From Isurus oxyrinchus (taxonomy: Eukaryota): 64,000 bases of DNA. The notes under the pieces are model-generated. The model saw only the letters and a program-made list of their open reading frames with translations. It was not told the DNA's origin and ran no database searches. The position numbers were made by a program, and so were the translations under genes. Below, piece after piece: positions 63,826 through 64,000 of this stretch. Within the stretch, counting starts at the first letter, position 1. Each line of letters starts with the position of its first letter. Where the stretch lies: NCBI GenBank assembly GCA_026770705.1, contig JANJGN010000055.1, positions 496,001-560,000 of the forward strand, given 5' to 3'.

Positions 63826-63897
63826 CGTCCAAACCTGGACTCGAACAGTAGACCCGCATATTACATATGTTAAGTTTTACCGATTGAGACATCCAGC
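63826..63897 (-). pseudogene. tRNA-Lys pseudogene, paralog of 8930-8994
   Basis: CGTCCAAACCTGGACTCGAAC...TACCGATTGAGACATCCAGC is colinear with the Lys-TTT reverse complement. Confidence 0.7.
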
Positions 63898-64000
63898 TGG
63901 AATAATCATTCTTCCAATAGCTGCCTTCGCCACCTGACATGAGGCATTGCAACCACTTTTTGCTTTCATTCCCTTGTTTGCTAATCCATCCTCGACAGTG

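Larger units (their letters stand above)
55970..64000 (+). repeat. Segmental duplicate of about 1-9090 (direct orientation)
   Basis: Colinear anchors throughout: CCACATAAA..GGAACTAAATGA, the Penelope piece, the LTR inside CR1, the CR1, and the Ser and Lys pseudogenes. Confidence 0.93.

Overview
This is vertebrate nuclear DNA, most likely from a cartilaginous fish, judging from the CR1, L2, Penelope and SINE remnants and a two-exon GPR139/GPR142-like receptor of the type expanded in sharks. I found no prokaryotic, phage, CRISPR or defence system. The window is a repeat-rich, segmentally duplicated tRNA/histone/GPCR neighbourhood. It holds two intact tRNA genes (Asp-GTC on +, Ile-AAT on -) and at least a dozen decayed Ser, Lys, Thr and Gly tRNA copies, mostly in a repeated Thr-Lys cassette. 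There is one GPR139/142-like class A GPCR with two frameshifts, a processed histone H3.3 pseudogene whose empty insertion site is visible in a paralogous block, and a 5'-truncated replication-dependent H3 that keeps a perfect histone stem-loop and downstream element. Mobile DNA includes a GalEa-type Copia gag remnant and solo LTRs. Duplications are nested: 1-9.1 kb matches 56-64 kb, and 21.5-28.4 kb matches 33.6-42.4 kb. Nearly all ORFs in the supplied track are chance or TE-derived. All comparisons were made by eye against remembered consensus sequences, and repeat boundaries are approximate.
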